DNA of 64,000 bases. It comes from an uncultured Alphaproteobacteria bacterium. GTDB taxonomy: Bacteria > Pseudomonadota > Alphaproteobacteria > Rhodobacterales > Rhodobacteraceae. Each line of letters begins with the position of its first letter. The stretch's first letter is position 1. The stretch is taken from positions 2,509-66,508 of the forward strand of contig CAVRHY010000003.1 of assembly GCA_963721105.1 (NCBI GenBank). The letters run 5' to 3'. A model generated the notes under the pieces. That model was not told the origin of the DNA. It saw only the letters and a list, made by a program, of their open reading frames with translations, and made no database searches. The translations under genes and the position numbers were made by a program. This document shows positions 9,049 to 21,202 of this stretch, in pieces.

Positions 9049-11969
9049 ATGGACAAGACCTTCGACGCCGCGGCCGCAGAGCCGCGCATCTACGCGCAAT
9101 GGGAAAAGGCCGGCGCTTTCGCCGCCGGCGCCAATGCCTCGCGTGATGAAACCTTCTGCATCGTCATCCCGCCGCCGAACGTCACCGGCTCGCTGCACAT
9201 GGGCCACGCGCTCAACAACACGCTGCAGGACATCCTCGTCCGGTGGAAGCGGATGCAGGGCTACGACGTGCTCTGGCAGCCCGGCACCGACCATGCCGGC
9301 ATCGCCACCCAGATGGTCGTCGAGCGGGCGCTTGCCGCCGAGGGCAAGAGCCGCCGCGAGATGACGCGCCCGGCCTTCGTCGAGCGGGTCTGGGAACAGA
9401 AGAAGGAGTCCGAGGGCACCATCCTCGGCCAGCTCAAGCGCCTCGGCGCCTCCTGCGACTGGTCGCGCACCCGCTTCACGATGGACGAGGGGCTTTCGGC
9501 CGCCGTCCTCAAGGTCTTCGTCACCCTCTACAACGAGGGGCTGATCTACCGCGACAAGCGGCTGGTGAACTGGGACCCGCAGTTCGAGACCGCGATCTCG
9601 GACCTCGAGGTCGAGCAGGTCGAGGAGAAGGGCAAGCTCTGGCGCTTTCGCTACGAGCTGGCCGATGGCGTCACCTACCGCCATCCGATCAAGGACGACG
9701 AGGGCACCGTCGTCGACCACCAGACGCGCAATTATCTCGTCGTCGCGACGACGCGCCCCGAGACGATGCTGGGCGACAGCGGCGTCGCCGTGAACCCCGA
9801 GGACGAGCGCTATCGCGACCTGATCGGCAAGCATGTCTGCCTGCCGCTGGTCGGCCGCCGCATCCCCATCGTCGCCGACGAGCACGCCGACCCCGAAAAG
9901 GGCACCGGCGCGGTCAAGATCACGCCCGCGCACGACTTCAACGACTTCCAGGTCGGCCAGCGCCACGGCCTCGCGCAGATCAACGTGATGAGCCCGCGCG
10001 CCGCCATCGCCATCGCCGACAACGCCGACTTCCTCGCCGACTGCGACCCCGAGCCCGAATGCATGATGCTGAACGGCCTCGACCGCTTCGAGGCCCGCAA
10101 GCGCGTCGTCCACCTGGCCGAGGTGCAGGAATGGCTGGACGGCATCGACGAGGAAATCCACGTCGTCCCGCACGGCGACCGCTCGGGCGTCCCCATCGAG
10201 CCCTACCTGACCGACCAGTGGTTCGTCGACGCCAAGAAGCTCGCGGTCGCCGCCATCGACAAGGTCCGCGACGGCACGACGAGTTTCGTCCCCGAGAACT
10301 GGACCCGCGTCTATTACAACTGGATGGAGAACATCGAGCCCTGGTGCATCAGTCGCCAGCTCTGGTGGGGCCATCAGGTGCCGGTTTGGTATGACGATCA
10401 CGGCAACGCGCACTGCGCGCACTCGATCGAGGAGGCGGCTGCGAGCGCCTTGCTGCCGCCGAGGCTCACTATGAGAAAGAACTCGGACTGGTCCGCGCAT
10501 CAACGTGATCGATCGGGATGCGACCCGGGCAGCTGATGAGCAAGCACGAGTGAGATGCACGCGAAAGGCGACGCGGTTCCGAACTCGGTCCTGCGGTGAT
10601 CGTGCTTTCGAATGACGGCGACGAGAGCGTGTCCGTCCCGTTCAACATCGTCCGCGACCCCGACGTCCTCGACACCTGGTTCTCGTCCGCCCTCTGGCCG
10701 TTCTCGACGCTCGGCTGGCCGGACAGACGCCCGAGCTCGCCCGCTACTACCCGACCGACGTGCTGGTCACCGGCTTCGACATCATCTTCTTCTGGGTCGC
10801 CCGGATGATGATGGACGGGCTGCACTTCCTCGACCGCGAGCCGTTCCACACCGTCTACATCAACTCGATCGTCGTCGACGCCCACGGCAAGAAGATGTCG
10901 AAGTCGCCAGGGCAACGTCATCGACCCGCTCCAGCTCATCGACGAGTACGGCGCCGACGCGCTCCGCTACACGCTGGCGGCGCAGGAGGTGCAGGGCCGC
11001 CGGCAGCTCCGGCTGGCCGTCGACGCCGTGCAGGGCGGCCGCAACTTCGGCACCAAGCTGTGGAACGCCGCCCGCTTCGCCGAGATGAACGGTTGCCACG
11101 GCCAGGGCGCCTCTGCGGAGACGCCGGAGGCCAGCCAAACCGTCAATCGCTGGATCATCGGCGAGACCGCGCGCACCGCCGCGGCCGTCGACAAGGCACT
11201 GTCGGCCTACCGGTTCAACGAGGCCGCCAGCGCGCTCTACGACCACATCTGGAAGGTGTTCTGCGACTGGTATGTCGAATTCGCCAAGCCCCTGCTGCAG
11301 GGCGACGATGCCGAGGCGAAGGCGGAAACCCAGCGCACCATGGCCTGGGCTCTGGACCAGTGCGTGATCCTGCTGCACCCAATCATGCCGTTCCTGACCG
11401 AAGCGCTGTGGGGCGAGCTGGCCACCCGCAACACGCCGCTGATCCACGCCGCCTGGCCGGTGCTGACCCCGGCCGACGCGGCCGATCCGGCGGCCGATGC
11501 CGAGATAAACTGGGTGATCCGCCTGATCGACGGCATCCGCTCGGCCCGGGCCGAGTTGAACGTGCCGCCCAGGGCGCAGATCGACATGGTCCTGACCGTC
11601 CACGCGCCCGAGGTCGCCGACCGCCTGCGGCGGAATGCGCCTCTGATCGAGCGGCTGGCTGGCCTCTCCGGATCCGCGGTCGCGGACGAGGCGCCGTCCG
11701 GCTCGATCACGCTGGCGCTCGATGACTGCGCGGTGAACCTGCAGGTTGCCGGGGTCATCGACATCGCCGCCGAGCGGGCGCGACTGGAAAAGTCGCTCGG
11801 CAAGGTCCGCAAGGACGCTGTCGGGCTGGAGAAGAAGCTGGGCAACGAGAACTTCCTCGCCAAGGCGCCCGACGAGATCGTCGAGGAACAGCGCGAGCGG
11901 CTGGCCGCGGCGCGCTCGGAAGCCGCGAAGCTGGAGGGTGCCCTGGCGCGGCTGGCCTCGCTGGGGTGA
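9049..11969 (+). CDS. valS: Valyl-tRNA synthetase; apparent frameshifts at ~10440-10590, ~10725 and ~10908
   Basis: [48 protein letters not shown] and a C-terminal coiled coil (NENFLAKAP). Confidence 0.96.
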
Positions 11970-12130
11970 GGGGGCGTCGGCTCTCGCGCGTTCCGCGCGA
12001 CGGCGAGCTTTGCGATCGGCGGACTTTGCGATCGGCGGGCTGACAACCCGCTCTTCAGGCGCGTCGCGAGGGTAGCGCGGCCTTTCGATCCGCCCTCCGC
12101 TCCACGCGGTTATCCGTTCGCCCCGCGCAG

Positions 12131-13052
12131 TCAGGCAGGCGCCCGCGCTTCCTCCCGCGGTGGCCCGAAGGGTGCCCAGGGGCTGAGCACGAAGGCAAGC
12201 AGCAGCGCCGTCGTCGCGAGGTCGACGATCATCAGCCCCGGCATGTCGTCGGCGGGAAACAGGAACAGCTGCGCCCCGGACAGCACGCCCTCGCTGCCAA
12301 CCAGGGTCAGCCCGATGACGTTGAACCCGAGGTGGAGACCGATCGAAGCCCACAGGCTGCCGGTGCGCCAGACCAGCGCCGCCAGTGAAAGCCCCATAAG
12401 GAAGGTGGTGCCGACATAGAGCAGGCCAGCCCCGCCTGCCAGGCCTCCCGAGTAGTGCAGCGCGCCGAACAGCGCCGAGGGCAGCACGGCCCAGACCAGC
12501 GGGTTGCGGCTGCGCAGCGCCAGCTGCTGGAGCAGGTAGCCGCGGAACATCAGCTCCTCGGCCGTCGCCTGCACGAAGATCAGCGCCGCGATCGGCAGCA
12601 GCGCGGCCAGCCATGCCGGCAGCGGCAGACCCGACCCGTCCGGCCGGACCAGTAGCAGCGAGACCGAAACCGAGGCTGCCGTGAAGGCGGCAGCGATCAG
12701 CAGGCCCTTGGCGAAATCGCCGGTCCGCACGCGCCGCTCGGGCGCGAACAGGCTGCGGAAGGACTGCCGGTGCAGCAGCCGCACTGCCAGCATCACCCCC
12801 GGCCAGATGCCGGCGAAGGTCAGCAGCATGACGGCGACGATCGCGGGACTGCCGCCTGGTTCGGCGCCGGCGACCCGGTGCAGCGCGCCGCCGGTGTCAC
12901 CGAGCCGCGCGGTCTCGAGCGCGCCCCAAAGGTACAGCACGGCGAACGTGCCGCCGATCCAGAAGCCGGCGATGATGATGATCCCGGCTAGCACGCGCCA
13001 CAGCACCCCGGCAGCGCCCGCCCGAGTCGACGTATCGCTCGAAGGCGGTCAT
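12131..13052 (-). CDS. CPBP/CAAX (Abi) intramembrane metalloprotease; probable frameshift near 13015
   Basis: QATAEELMFRGYL, FGALH and SLWASIGLHLGFN motifs; multiple TM segments; likely start MTAFERYVD at 13052. Confidence 0.88.
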
Positions 13053-13088
13053 GCAGCCGGGACGGCGCTGTTCCTGCGTTGCCGTCAA

Positions 13089-13292
13089 TCAGTCGTGGCG
13101 GCCGCGCTCGCGGCTGAGGAATTCGCTCGTCCGACGGCTCCCGGCCGTCGTCGTCCCCGAAGGCCGGCGCCGCAGCGTCGCTATGGCGGCATGCGGTCCG
13201 CCGGTGCGCTGCTCGCGCTCGATGCGGGTGAATTCGCGGGTCCGCGTGCCCTCCGCGCGGTCGCGTTGCTGGTCGGCGATGTGCTTGCCCAT
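13089..13292 (-). CDS. Small hypothetical protein (67 aa, basic)
   Basis: AGGGAG SD 7 nt before the ATG; MGKHIADQQRDRAEGTRTREFTRIEREQ...; no recognisable family. Confidence 0.4.
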   Translation of the reverse strand: MGKHIADQQRDRAEGTRTREFTRIEREQRTGGPHAAIATLRRRPSGTTTAGSRRTSEFLSRERGRHD

Positions 13293-13463
13293 CCGGCATC
13301 TCCCTGTCGTCATCCGTCTGGCCAAGGTGGCGACTTCCGGCCGGCATTTCCAGTCCCCGGATGGCCGTGGCGTAGCGCTACATCCGCGCTGGAAACGCAC
13401 CCGCCGGCTCGTTAGGGTCGCGCAGCCACGAGTCAGCAAGAGCGCAAAGGAGGGCGCCGGCGC

Positions 13464-15222
13464 ATGGATGCCAGGGTTTTCGACAAGAACAAGCTGCCCA
13501 GCCGGCATGTGACCGAGGGTCCGTCGCGCGCGCCGCACCGCTCGTACTATTACGCGATGGGCCTGACGGACGAGGAGATCCACCGCCCCTTCGTCGGCGT
13601 CGCGACCTGCTGGAACGAGGCAGCGCCCTGCAACATCGCGCTGAGCCGGCAGGCCCAGGCCGTCAAGCTGGGCGTCAAGGAGGCGCTGGGCACGCCGCGC
13701 GAGTTCACGACCATCACCGTGACCGACGGCATCGCCATGGGGCACGAGGGCATGCGCTCGTCGCTGGCCAGCCGCGAGGCGATCGCCGACACGGTCGAGC
13801 TGACGATGCGCGGGCACGCCTATGACGCGCTGGTCGGGCTGGCGGGCTGCGACAAGTCGCTGCCGGGCATGATGATGGCGATGGTCCGGCTGAACGTGCC
13901 GTCGGTCTTCATCTATGGCGGCTCGATCCTGCCCGGCCGCGCGCCGCACAGCAAGGAGATCCCCGAGGACTTCGCCAACCGCGACCTGACGGTTCAGGAC
14001 ATGTTCGAGGCCGTTGGCCGGAACCAGAACGGCACCATGTCGGACGCCGCGCTTGCGTTGCTCGAGCGGGTCGCCTGTCCGTCGGCAGGGGCGTGCGGCG
14101 GCCAGTTCACGGCGAACACCATGGCCTGCGTCAGCGAGGCGATCGGCCTGGCGTTGCCGCAGTCGGCCGGCGCGCCTGCGCCCTATGAAAGCCGCGACGC
14201 CTTCTCGGAAGCTTCGGGCCGGGCGGTCATGAACCTGCTGGCGAACGGCATCCGCGCCCGCGACGTCGTCACCCGCAAGGCGCTGGAAAACGCCGCCCGC
14301 GTCGTCGCCTGCACGGGCGGCTCGACGAATGCCGGGCTGCACCTGCCGGCGATCGCGCACGAGGCGGGGATCGACTTCAACCTGCAGGACGTGTGCGACA
14401 TCTTCCGCGAGACGCCATACTTCGTCGACCTGAAGCCGGGCGGGAAGTACGTGGCCAAGGACCTCTACGAATCCGGCGGCATTCCGGTCGTCATGAAGGA
14501 GTTGCTTGCGTGCCGGCCTGCTGCACGGCGACTGCATCACCGCGACCGGCAAGACCATCGCCGAGAACCTGGCCCTGATCGACGGCGAGCCGGACAATCG
14601 CGTCATCTACCCGGTCGACAAGCCGCTGACCAAGACCGGCGGCGTCGTCGGGCTGATCGGCAACCTGGCGCCCGAGGGCGCCATCGTGAAGGTCGCCGGC
14701 ATGAAGAAGCAGAAGTTCGAGGGCCCGGCCCGCGTCTTCGAATGCGAGGAGGACGCCTTCGCCGCCGTCCAGCGCCGCGAGTACAAGGAGGGCGAGGTCA
14801 TCGTCATCCGCAACGAGGGGCCGAAGGGTGGCCCCGGCATGCGCGAGATGCTCTCCACCACCGCCGCGATCTCGGGGCAGGGCATGGGCAGCAAGGTCGC
14901 GCTGATCACGGACGGGCGCTTCTCGGGTGCGACGCGCGGCTTCTGCGTCGGCCATGTCGGGCCCGAGGCCGCGGTCGGCGGCCCGATCGGGCTGCTGAAG
15001 GACGGCGACATCATCCAGATCGACGCCAAGAAGGGCACCATCAAGGTCAAGCTGTCCGCCAAGGAGCTGAAGGACCGTCGCAAGGAGTGGAAGGGCCCGC
15101 GCGAAACGATCTATGGCGCAGGCGCCCTCTGGAAATACGCCCAGACCGTCGGGGGCGCGCAGCAGGGCGCCGTGACGCACCCGGGCGGAAAGGGAGAGCG
15201 GCACAGCTATCCAGACCTCTGA
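13464..15222 (+). CDS. ilvD: Dihydroxy-acid dehydratase; frameshift near 14509
   Basis: [49 protein letters not shown] and [11 protein letters not shown]. Confidence 0.96.
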
Positions 15223-16551
15223 TGGACCGACGCGCCACATTCTCGCTGCCCCGTCCCGGACGTGCTGCCCGGGCGGTCCTGCTCGGCGGCGGAATACTGG
15301 CGCTGCTGGCCGGCTGCGAGCCCGGCCAGTTCGGCTTCAGCGGGCGCGACGCGGAGTGGGCGCGGACACATGCCTTCTCGGTCGTCTCTGCCACCCCCCG
15401 GCGCGCCGTGCTGTCGGCCGAGGGCAACCAGGTGGCGGTCGAGCCGCCGCCCGGCTTTTGCCTGGCGGACGACGAGATCGAGACCTCGGCGCGCTCGGCC
15501 TTCGTGCTGATCGGCGACTGCGTGATGGATGCCGGGTCAGGGTGGCGGCGTGCTGCAATCGGACGGGAGCGCGCTGGACCTGCCGCCCGGTATGCCCGGG
15601 ATCATCTCGGTGGGGCTGTCGGGCGACCCGGGCTTCGGGCGCGCCAGCGCCGGGGATCGCGGTCTCTCCCGCTTGGAGTCCTACCTGCAGACGCCCGAGG
15701 GCCAGGCCCTGCTGGGCCGCGGCGGCGACGGCTCGCAGGTGTCGGTGATCGAGACGCGGCGGCAGGGGGACATTCTCTATGTGCTGGTCGAGGATCGCGA
15801 CGCCGCGGCGGTCCCCGTGCTGGCGCCGCGCTTCTGGCGCGCCTTCGTCGAGCTGAACGATCGCCTGGCGGTCGTCACCGTCAGCGGCTTCCGCGACGTG
15901 CCGATGGACGAGGACGAGATGCTGAGCCACCTGGGCGACCAGGTGCGGCAGCTTCAGGTGGCGAACGCGGTGCCCATCGACGAGGCGCCGATACAGGTCG
16001 CCAAGGCGCGGCCGCGCCGCGCCGAGACCGGGACGGGCGACGAGCCGCCGGAGGAAGGCGAGCTGGCCGCGGTCACCCCCGTGGAGGCGGCGACGCCCGC
16101 GTCGCTGCCGGGCGATCCCGCGTGGCAGTCGTTCGCTGCGGCACGCGCGGACGAGGCAGAACCGGATGGTGCTGCCGGGCTGGCGGGCGGCGACTCGGCT
16201 CGGGTCGCGGCCATTGGCGGGCCGGAGCTGGGCGATGTGACGGCCGACGGCGAGACCGCCGCAGCGACGCTGGCCGAGGAGCCGGTCAGGACCCGCCCGC
16301 TGGTCGTCGCCTCGACCGGGACGGGCAGGCAGGGCGTGTGGCCGATGCCGTCGAAGCGGCCCGGCGCCCCAGGTGCCTGGACATCGACCGCGGGGTCCGC
16401 GGCAGCGACGGGTCGGGCGGCGCCGCAGGCGGCTGCGGCGGCCGGCGTTCCGATGCCGGCGCCGCGGCTGAATAACCCGGCCGGGCGGGCGTCAGGGCAG
16501 GCGCTCGCCCCCGTGGCGGCGGTGCCGCTGCCGCCGCGAAAGCGTCCCTGA
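15222..16551 (+). CDS. Hypothetical lipoprotein coupled to ilvD; frameshift near 15527
   Basis: TGATG overlap with the ilvD stop; lipobox LLAGC; PPGFC...AFVLIGDC, LESYLQTPEGQALLGR and FWRAFVELNDRL; Ala/Pro-rich C-terminus. Confidence 0.7.
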
Positions 16552-16769
16552 GAGGGGCAGTCTGATGTGGTCGCACGCGTGAGACCCTCGCCATATCATT
16601 GAAAATCAGTGGTTTTCCGATATCTGTTCAGGGTTTGGAAACGCGGGATTTCGATCCGGTGAACGCCGGATTGAAGAGACTGGGCTCGCCGACGTCGGGG
16701 CTTCGCCCGGCCCAGGGAAATGCCCGGCCGGGTCGGGCGTGACGTGGCCTTGCGCGGCGGGGGGCGGGG

Positions 16770-17552
16770 TCAGACGTCGAGTTCTACCCAGGCGGGGACG
16801 TGGTCGGACGGTTTTTCGCGGCCGCGCACGGCCTTGTCGATGCCGGCGCCGGACAGGCGGTCGGCGGCCTGCGGGCCGAGCAGGAGGTGGTCGATGCGGA
16901 TGCCGTTGTTCTTCTGCCAGGCGCCGGCCTGGTAGTCCCAGAAGGTGTAGATCTCGGCATCCTGGCAGCATTCGCGGATCGCGTCGGTGTAGCCGAGGTT
17001 GACGATGCGGCGGAAGGCGGCGCGGGTCGGCGGCAGGAACAGCGCGTCTTCGCGCCATTTCTCGGGAAAGCGGACGTCGCGCGGCTCGGGGATGACGTTG
17101 TAGTCGCCGGCCAGCACGACGGGCTCCTCGGTTTCCAGCAGCTCGGCGGCGCGCAGGCGCATCCGCTCCATCCAGGCGAGCTTGTAGTCGTAGCGGGGCC
17201 CCGGCGCCGGGTTGCCGTTCGGCAGATAGAGGCCACAGACGCGCGCGGCCATACGGTCGCCCGTGACGGTCGCCTCGATCCAGCGCGCCTCGGCGTCGTC
17301 GTCTGCGCCGGGCAGGCCGCGCCGCACGTCGTCGAGCGGGCGCTTCGACAGGATGGCGACGCCGTTGAAGCCCTTCTGGCCGTGCGTCTCGATGTTGTAG
17401 CCCAGCTCCTCGATCTCGAGGCGCGGGAAAGCGTCGTCCTCGCACTTGATCTCCTGCAGGAGGGCGACGTCGGGGGTCGCCTCGCGCAGCCAGACCAGCA
17501 GCGCGGGCAGGCGGGCGCGGACGCCGTTGATGTTGAAAGTCGCGATCTTCAT
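16770..17552 (-). CDS. xth: Exodeoxyribonuclease III
   Basis: MKIATFNINGV, LQEIK, YLPNGNP, GDYN, YTFWDYQAGAW, RIDH and SDHVP. Confidence 0.96.
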   Translation of the reverse strand: MKIATFNINGVRARLPALLVWLREATPDVALLQEIKCEDDAFPRLEIEELGYNIETHGQKGFNGVAILSKRPLDDVRRGLPGADDDAEARWIEATVTGDRMAARVCGLYLPNGNPAPGPRYDYKLAWMERMRLRAAELLETEEPVVLAGDYNVIPEPRDVRFPEKWREDALFLPPTRAAFRRIVNLGYTDAIRECCQDAEIYTFWDYQAGAWQKNNGIRIDHLLLGPQAADRLSGAGIDKAVRGREKPSDHVPAWVELDV

Positions 17553-17563
17553 GGGTGCGAGGC

Positions 17564-19628
17564 TTATGCGTCCTCGCCGAGGACAGCAAGGAAGGCGTCG
17601 GCGAAGCGCTCGGCCTTCTGCGCGTCCATGCCGGGCACGCGCTCGAGCGCCGCGCGGTCCTGGGGGCGGGCCTCGGCGATCTTCGCGAGCGTCGTCGTCG
17701 TGCAGGCGAGGTAGCGGTCGGTGCCGCCGGTGCCGCGCAGCAGGTCGGACTGCGCGGCGCGGAGCCGGTCCATCAGCGCCCCTTGAGGCCGGCCGGCGTT
17801 GCGGGCGCGGGCCGGGTGGACGCGCTCGGTCGTGCCGGCGCGGAGGACGCCGAGGAAGGCGTCGCCGAACTCGGCCAGCTTCTTGGCGCCGACGCCGTGG
17901 CAGGCGGCCAGCCCGTCGAGGTCCATGGGCTTGCGCTCGGCCATGTCGATCAGCGTCGCGTCGGAGAAGACGACATAGGCCGGCACGTTCCGCGCCCGGG
18001 CGAGGTCCGTGCGGAGGGCGCGGAGCGAATCGAACAGCTCCTGGTCCTCGGGCGCCAGGCCGACGGCGCGGGACTGCCTGGCCTCGCGCGGGCGGCGGCG
18101 CTCCTGCTCGCGGCGGAGCATGACCTCCGTCTCGCCGCGCAGCACGGCGCGGCCGTCGGGCGTGACGCTCCAGCCGCCGCGCTCGTCGATGGCAGCGTGG
18201 CCGAGCGCGTAGAGCTGGCGGAAGACGCTTCGCCAGGGGCCAGCGTCGAGGTCGGCGCCGACGCCGAAGGTCTTGATCCTGTCGTGGCCCATCTGGCGGA
18301 TGCGGTCGCTGGCCTCGCCGCGGAGCACGGCGACGAGGTGCTCGACGCCGAAGCGCTCGCCGGTGCGCAGCATGGCCGAGAGCGCCTTCTGCACCGGCAC
18401 GGTGCCGTCATAGAGCTCGGGCGGGGCGAGGCAGGTGTCGCAGTTGCCGCAGCTCTCGGGCGCCTCCTCGCCGAAATAGCGCGAGCAGCGTGCGGCGGCG
18501 GCAGCCGGGCGCCTCGGCCAGCGCCAGGAGCGCGTTCAGGCGGGCATGGTCGGCCCGCTTCGACTCGGCCGAGCCGTCGGACTGGTCGATCTGGCTGCGG
18601 CGAAGGCGGATGTCCTCCATGCCGTAGAGCGTCAGCGTGTCGGCGGGCGCGCCGTCGCGGCCGGCGCGGCCGATCTCCTGGTAGTAGGACTCGATGGTCT
18701 TGGGCAGGTCGGTGTGGATGACGAAGCGGACGTCCGGCTTGTCGATCCCCATGCCGAAGGCGACGGTCGCGGCCATCACGACGCCGTCCTCTCGCGTGAA
18801 CCGGTCCTGGCGCTCGCTGCGCAGCGCGGCGTCGAGGCCGGCATGGTAGGCCATCGCCTTGACGCCCGTGCCGGCGAGCTGGGTGGCGACCGCCTCGGCC
18901 CGCTTGCGCGAGGCGCAGTAGACGATGCCGCTCTGGCCCTGCCGCGCGCGGACGAAATCGGCGATGCGGGCGCGCGGGTTCTGCTTGGGCTCGAAGGCCA
19001 GCCGCAGGTTGGGGCGGTCGAAGCCGCGCAGGAACTCGTCGGGCGGGCTCTCGCCGAAGAGGCGCGCGACGATCTCGCGCCGGGTCGCCTCGTCGGCGGT
19101 GGCGGTGAAGGCGGCGGTCTGGATGCCGCCGAGCGCGGCGCGGAGCTCGCCGATGCGCAGGTAGTCGGGGCGGAAGTCGTGGCCCCACTGGCTGACGCAG
19201 TGCGCCTCGTCGACCGCCAGCAGGCTGGCGTCGGACCGGCGAAGGAGGCCGGTCGTCGCCGGGTTCCCCAGCCGCTCGGGCGCCATGTAGAGCAGCTTGA
19301 GGCTGCCCGCGTCGAGCGCGTCGAAGACGCGCTCGGTCTCGAACGGGTCGTTGGCCGAGGTCAGCGCGCCGGCCTCGACGCCTGCCTGGCGGAGCGCCGC
19401 CACCTGGTCGCGCATCAGTGCGATCAGCGGCGAGATGACGACCGTCAGGCCGGGGCGGAGCAGGGCGGGGAGCTGGTAGCAGAGCGACTTGCCGCCGCCC
19501 GTCGGCATGATCGCCAGCACGTCGCGCCCGGCGAGGATGGCGCCGACGATTTCCTCTTGTCCGGGTCGGAAGGCGTCGTAGCCGAAGACCGTCTTCAGGC
19601 GCTCCAGCGCCGCCGCCATGCCGTCCAC
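17564..19628 (-). CDS. recQ: ATP-dependent DNA helicase RecQ with two HRDC-like domains; frameshift near 18480
   Basis: MPTGGGKSLCYQ, DEAHCVSQWGHDFRPDY, GMGIDKPDVR, QEIGRAGRDG and VPAYVVFSDATL. Confidence 0.95.
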
Positions 19629-19729
19629 GCGACTCCCCTCGACCATCCCGGGCGGAGATTAGGCCGCCGACCGAGTGTCGGGCAAGCCGGATGCGGCGTG
19701 CGGGGGGCGGACGGGCGCCCCGCACGCGG

Positions 19730-20971
19730 TCAGCGGATGACGCTGTCGGGCGCCGGCTGCGAAGGAATGTGCAGATGCGCCGTCGGGATGCGGGCCTCTG
19801 TCGCGCCGGCGAGGCCGGTCCCGCTGCCGCCCGGCGCCGATGCGCGGATGTCGCCGGCGATGGGGGCGGGCGCCCCGCTGCCGAGCGCCAGGACGGTCAC
19901 GGCGGTCGTGATCACAAGCGCGAACACCGTCAGCGGCAGCATCGCGAGCCCGAGCCCGATCCGCCGGTTCACCGGGCGGACGAGCATGCGGAGCTCGTTG
20001 GCGGTCTGGGGGAATTCCAGCGCGGCGGAGTTCGAGGCCGTCCAGCGGCCGCGGCGTGCCCAGCGGCGCTCCTCGAACCGGTTCCAGCCGTTGAAGACGA
20101 TCAGGAGCGCGATCAGGCTCATCATGCTCATCGGCTGCCAGATCAGGAAGCCGCCGGCCTTTTCGTCCGAGAGCGGCGCGAAGTCGAAGAGCCGGCCGTG
20201 CAGGTCGTAGGCGTCGTAGAGCACGACGGATTTCAGCGTCGTCAGCGAGCCGAGCAGGATATTCGACAGGATCGTCCCGATCAGCATCAGCTGGCGGATG
20301 CCATATCGGATGCCCTTGGGCGGGTCGCGCGGGTCGAAGATCACCCAGAAGAACAGCACGCCCGCCGCCAGCATGGTGACGTGCATGAGGTAGTGCACCG
20401 CCGGGTCGAGGATCGCGGCATTGTGAAGGGCCGGGACCTGCCAGGCGTAGAGCGAGCCGACGAAGACGAGGAAAGCCGGGGCTGGCCGGGCGAGCCAGCC
20501 GACGATCGAGCGGCAGGTCCGGCTGTGCAGCAGCGGCCGGACCAGGCCGCGCCGGAGCATCCGGGGGGCGCCGGCGAACATCGCCGCCTGCGGCGCGGCA
20601 AGCATGATCAGCATCGGCCCGGCGATGCGCAGCAGCATGTGCTGGATCTGGTGGACCCAGAACAGCCGCTCGGCGACGGCGTCGAGGGGCGAGAGCAGCG
20701 CCAGCGCGACCAGCGCCAGCCCGGCGGCGAAGGCGGTGTGCCGCCAGCGCCCGATCGGCCGGCCCGTGCGTCGGCGCCGGAGCGCGCCGCGGAAGTAGAT
20801 GATTGCGGCCAGCGTGGTGAGGCCGACCAGCAGCGGGTCGAACGACCACGCCCGCAGCGCCTCCGCCGCGGTGAGATCCTCTCCGCCATGCGCGAGGGCG
20901 GGCGTCGCCAGCGAGATGAGGATCACGGCGAGCGCGGCGACGCGGCAGGGGCGTCGGCGTTCGGGCCGCAT
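19730..20971 (-). CDS. Caa3-type CtaG cytochrome c oxidase assembly factor
   Basis: Signal-like N-terminus (ALAHGG), WSFDP, LSPLDAVAERLFWVHQIQHMLL, WQVPALHNAA, HYLMH and DEKAGGFLIW. Confidence 0.85.
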   Translation of the reverse strand: MRPERRRPCRVAALAVILISLATPALAHGGEDLTAAEALRAWSFDPLLVGLTTLAAIIYFRGALRRRRTGRPIGRWRHTAFAAGLALVALALLSPLDAVAERLFWVHQIQHMLLRIAGPMLIMLAAPQAAMFAGAPRMLRRGLVRPLLHSRTCRSIVGWLARPAPAFLVFVGSLYAWQVPALHNAAILDPAVHYLMHVTMLAAGVLFFWVIFDPRDPPKGIRYGIRQLMLIGTILSNILLGSLTTLKSVVLYDAYDLHGRLFDFAPLSDEKAGGFLIWQPMSMMSLIALLIVFNGWNRFEERRWARRGRWTASNSAALEFPQTANELRMLVRPVNRRIGLGLAMLPLTVFALVITTAVTVLALGSGAPAPIAGDIRASAPGGSGTGLAGATEARIPTAHLHIPSQPAPDSVIR

Positions 20972-21202
20972 GGTTCGGTTGCGTTCGTTCGCCTCGGCCA
21001 GATCGGTTCCGAGCGCCGTCCTGTCGCGCATCCTGCCCCCGGCGGCACAGCCGCTTGTCGATTGGAATGCGGGGACCCTATGGCCTTGGCGCCGCGGACT
21101 CAATTGAGCCAATAGGTCGCTGTCGCAGCGACAGGGCCGGTGAGGAAGCTGCCTCATGCCCGGAGCCGGCGGCCGTCAGTACGAGGCGGAGTATGCCCCG
21201 GT

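Noticed and set aside
13464-16475. 1003 aa IlvD fusion ORF
   Set aside because: Artefact of the ilvD frameshift running into the downstream lipoprotein frame.
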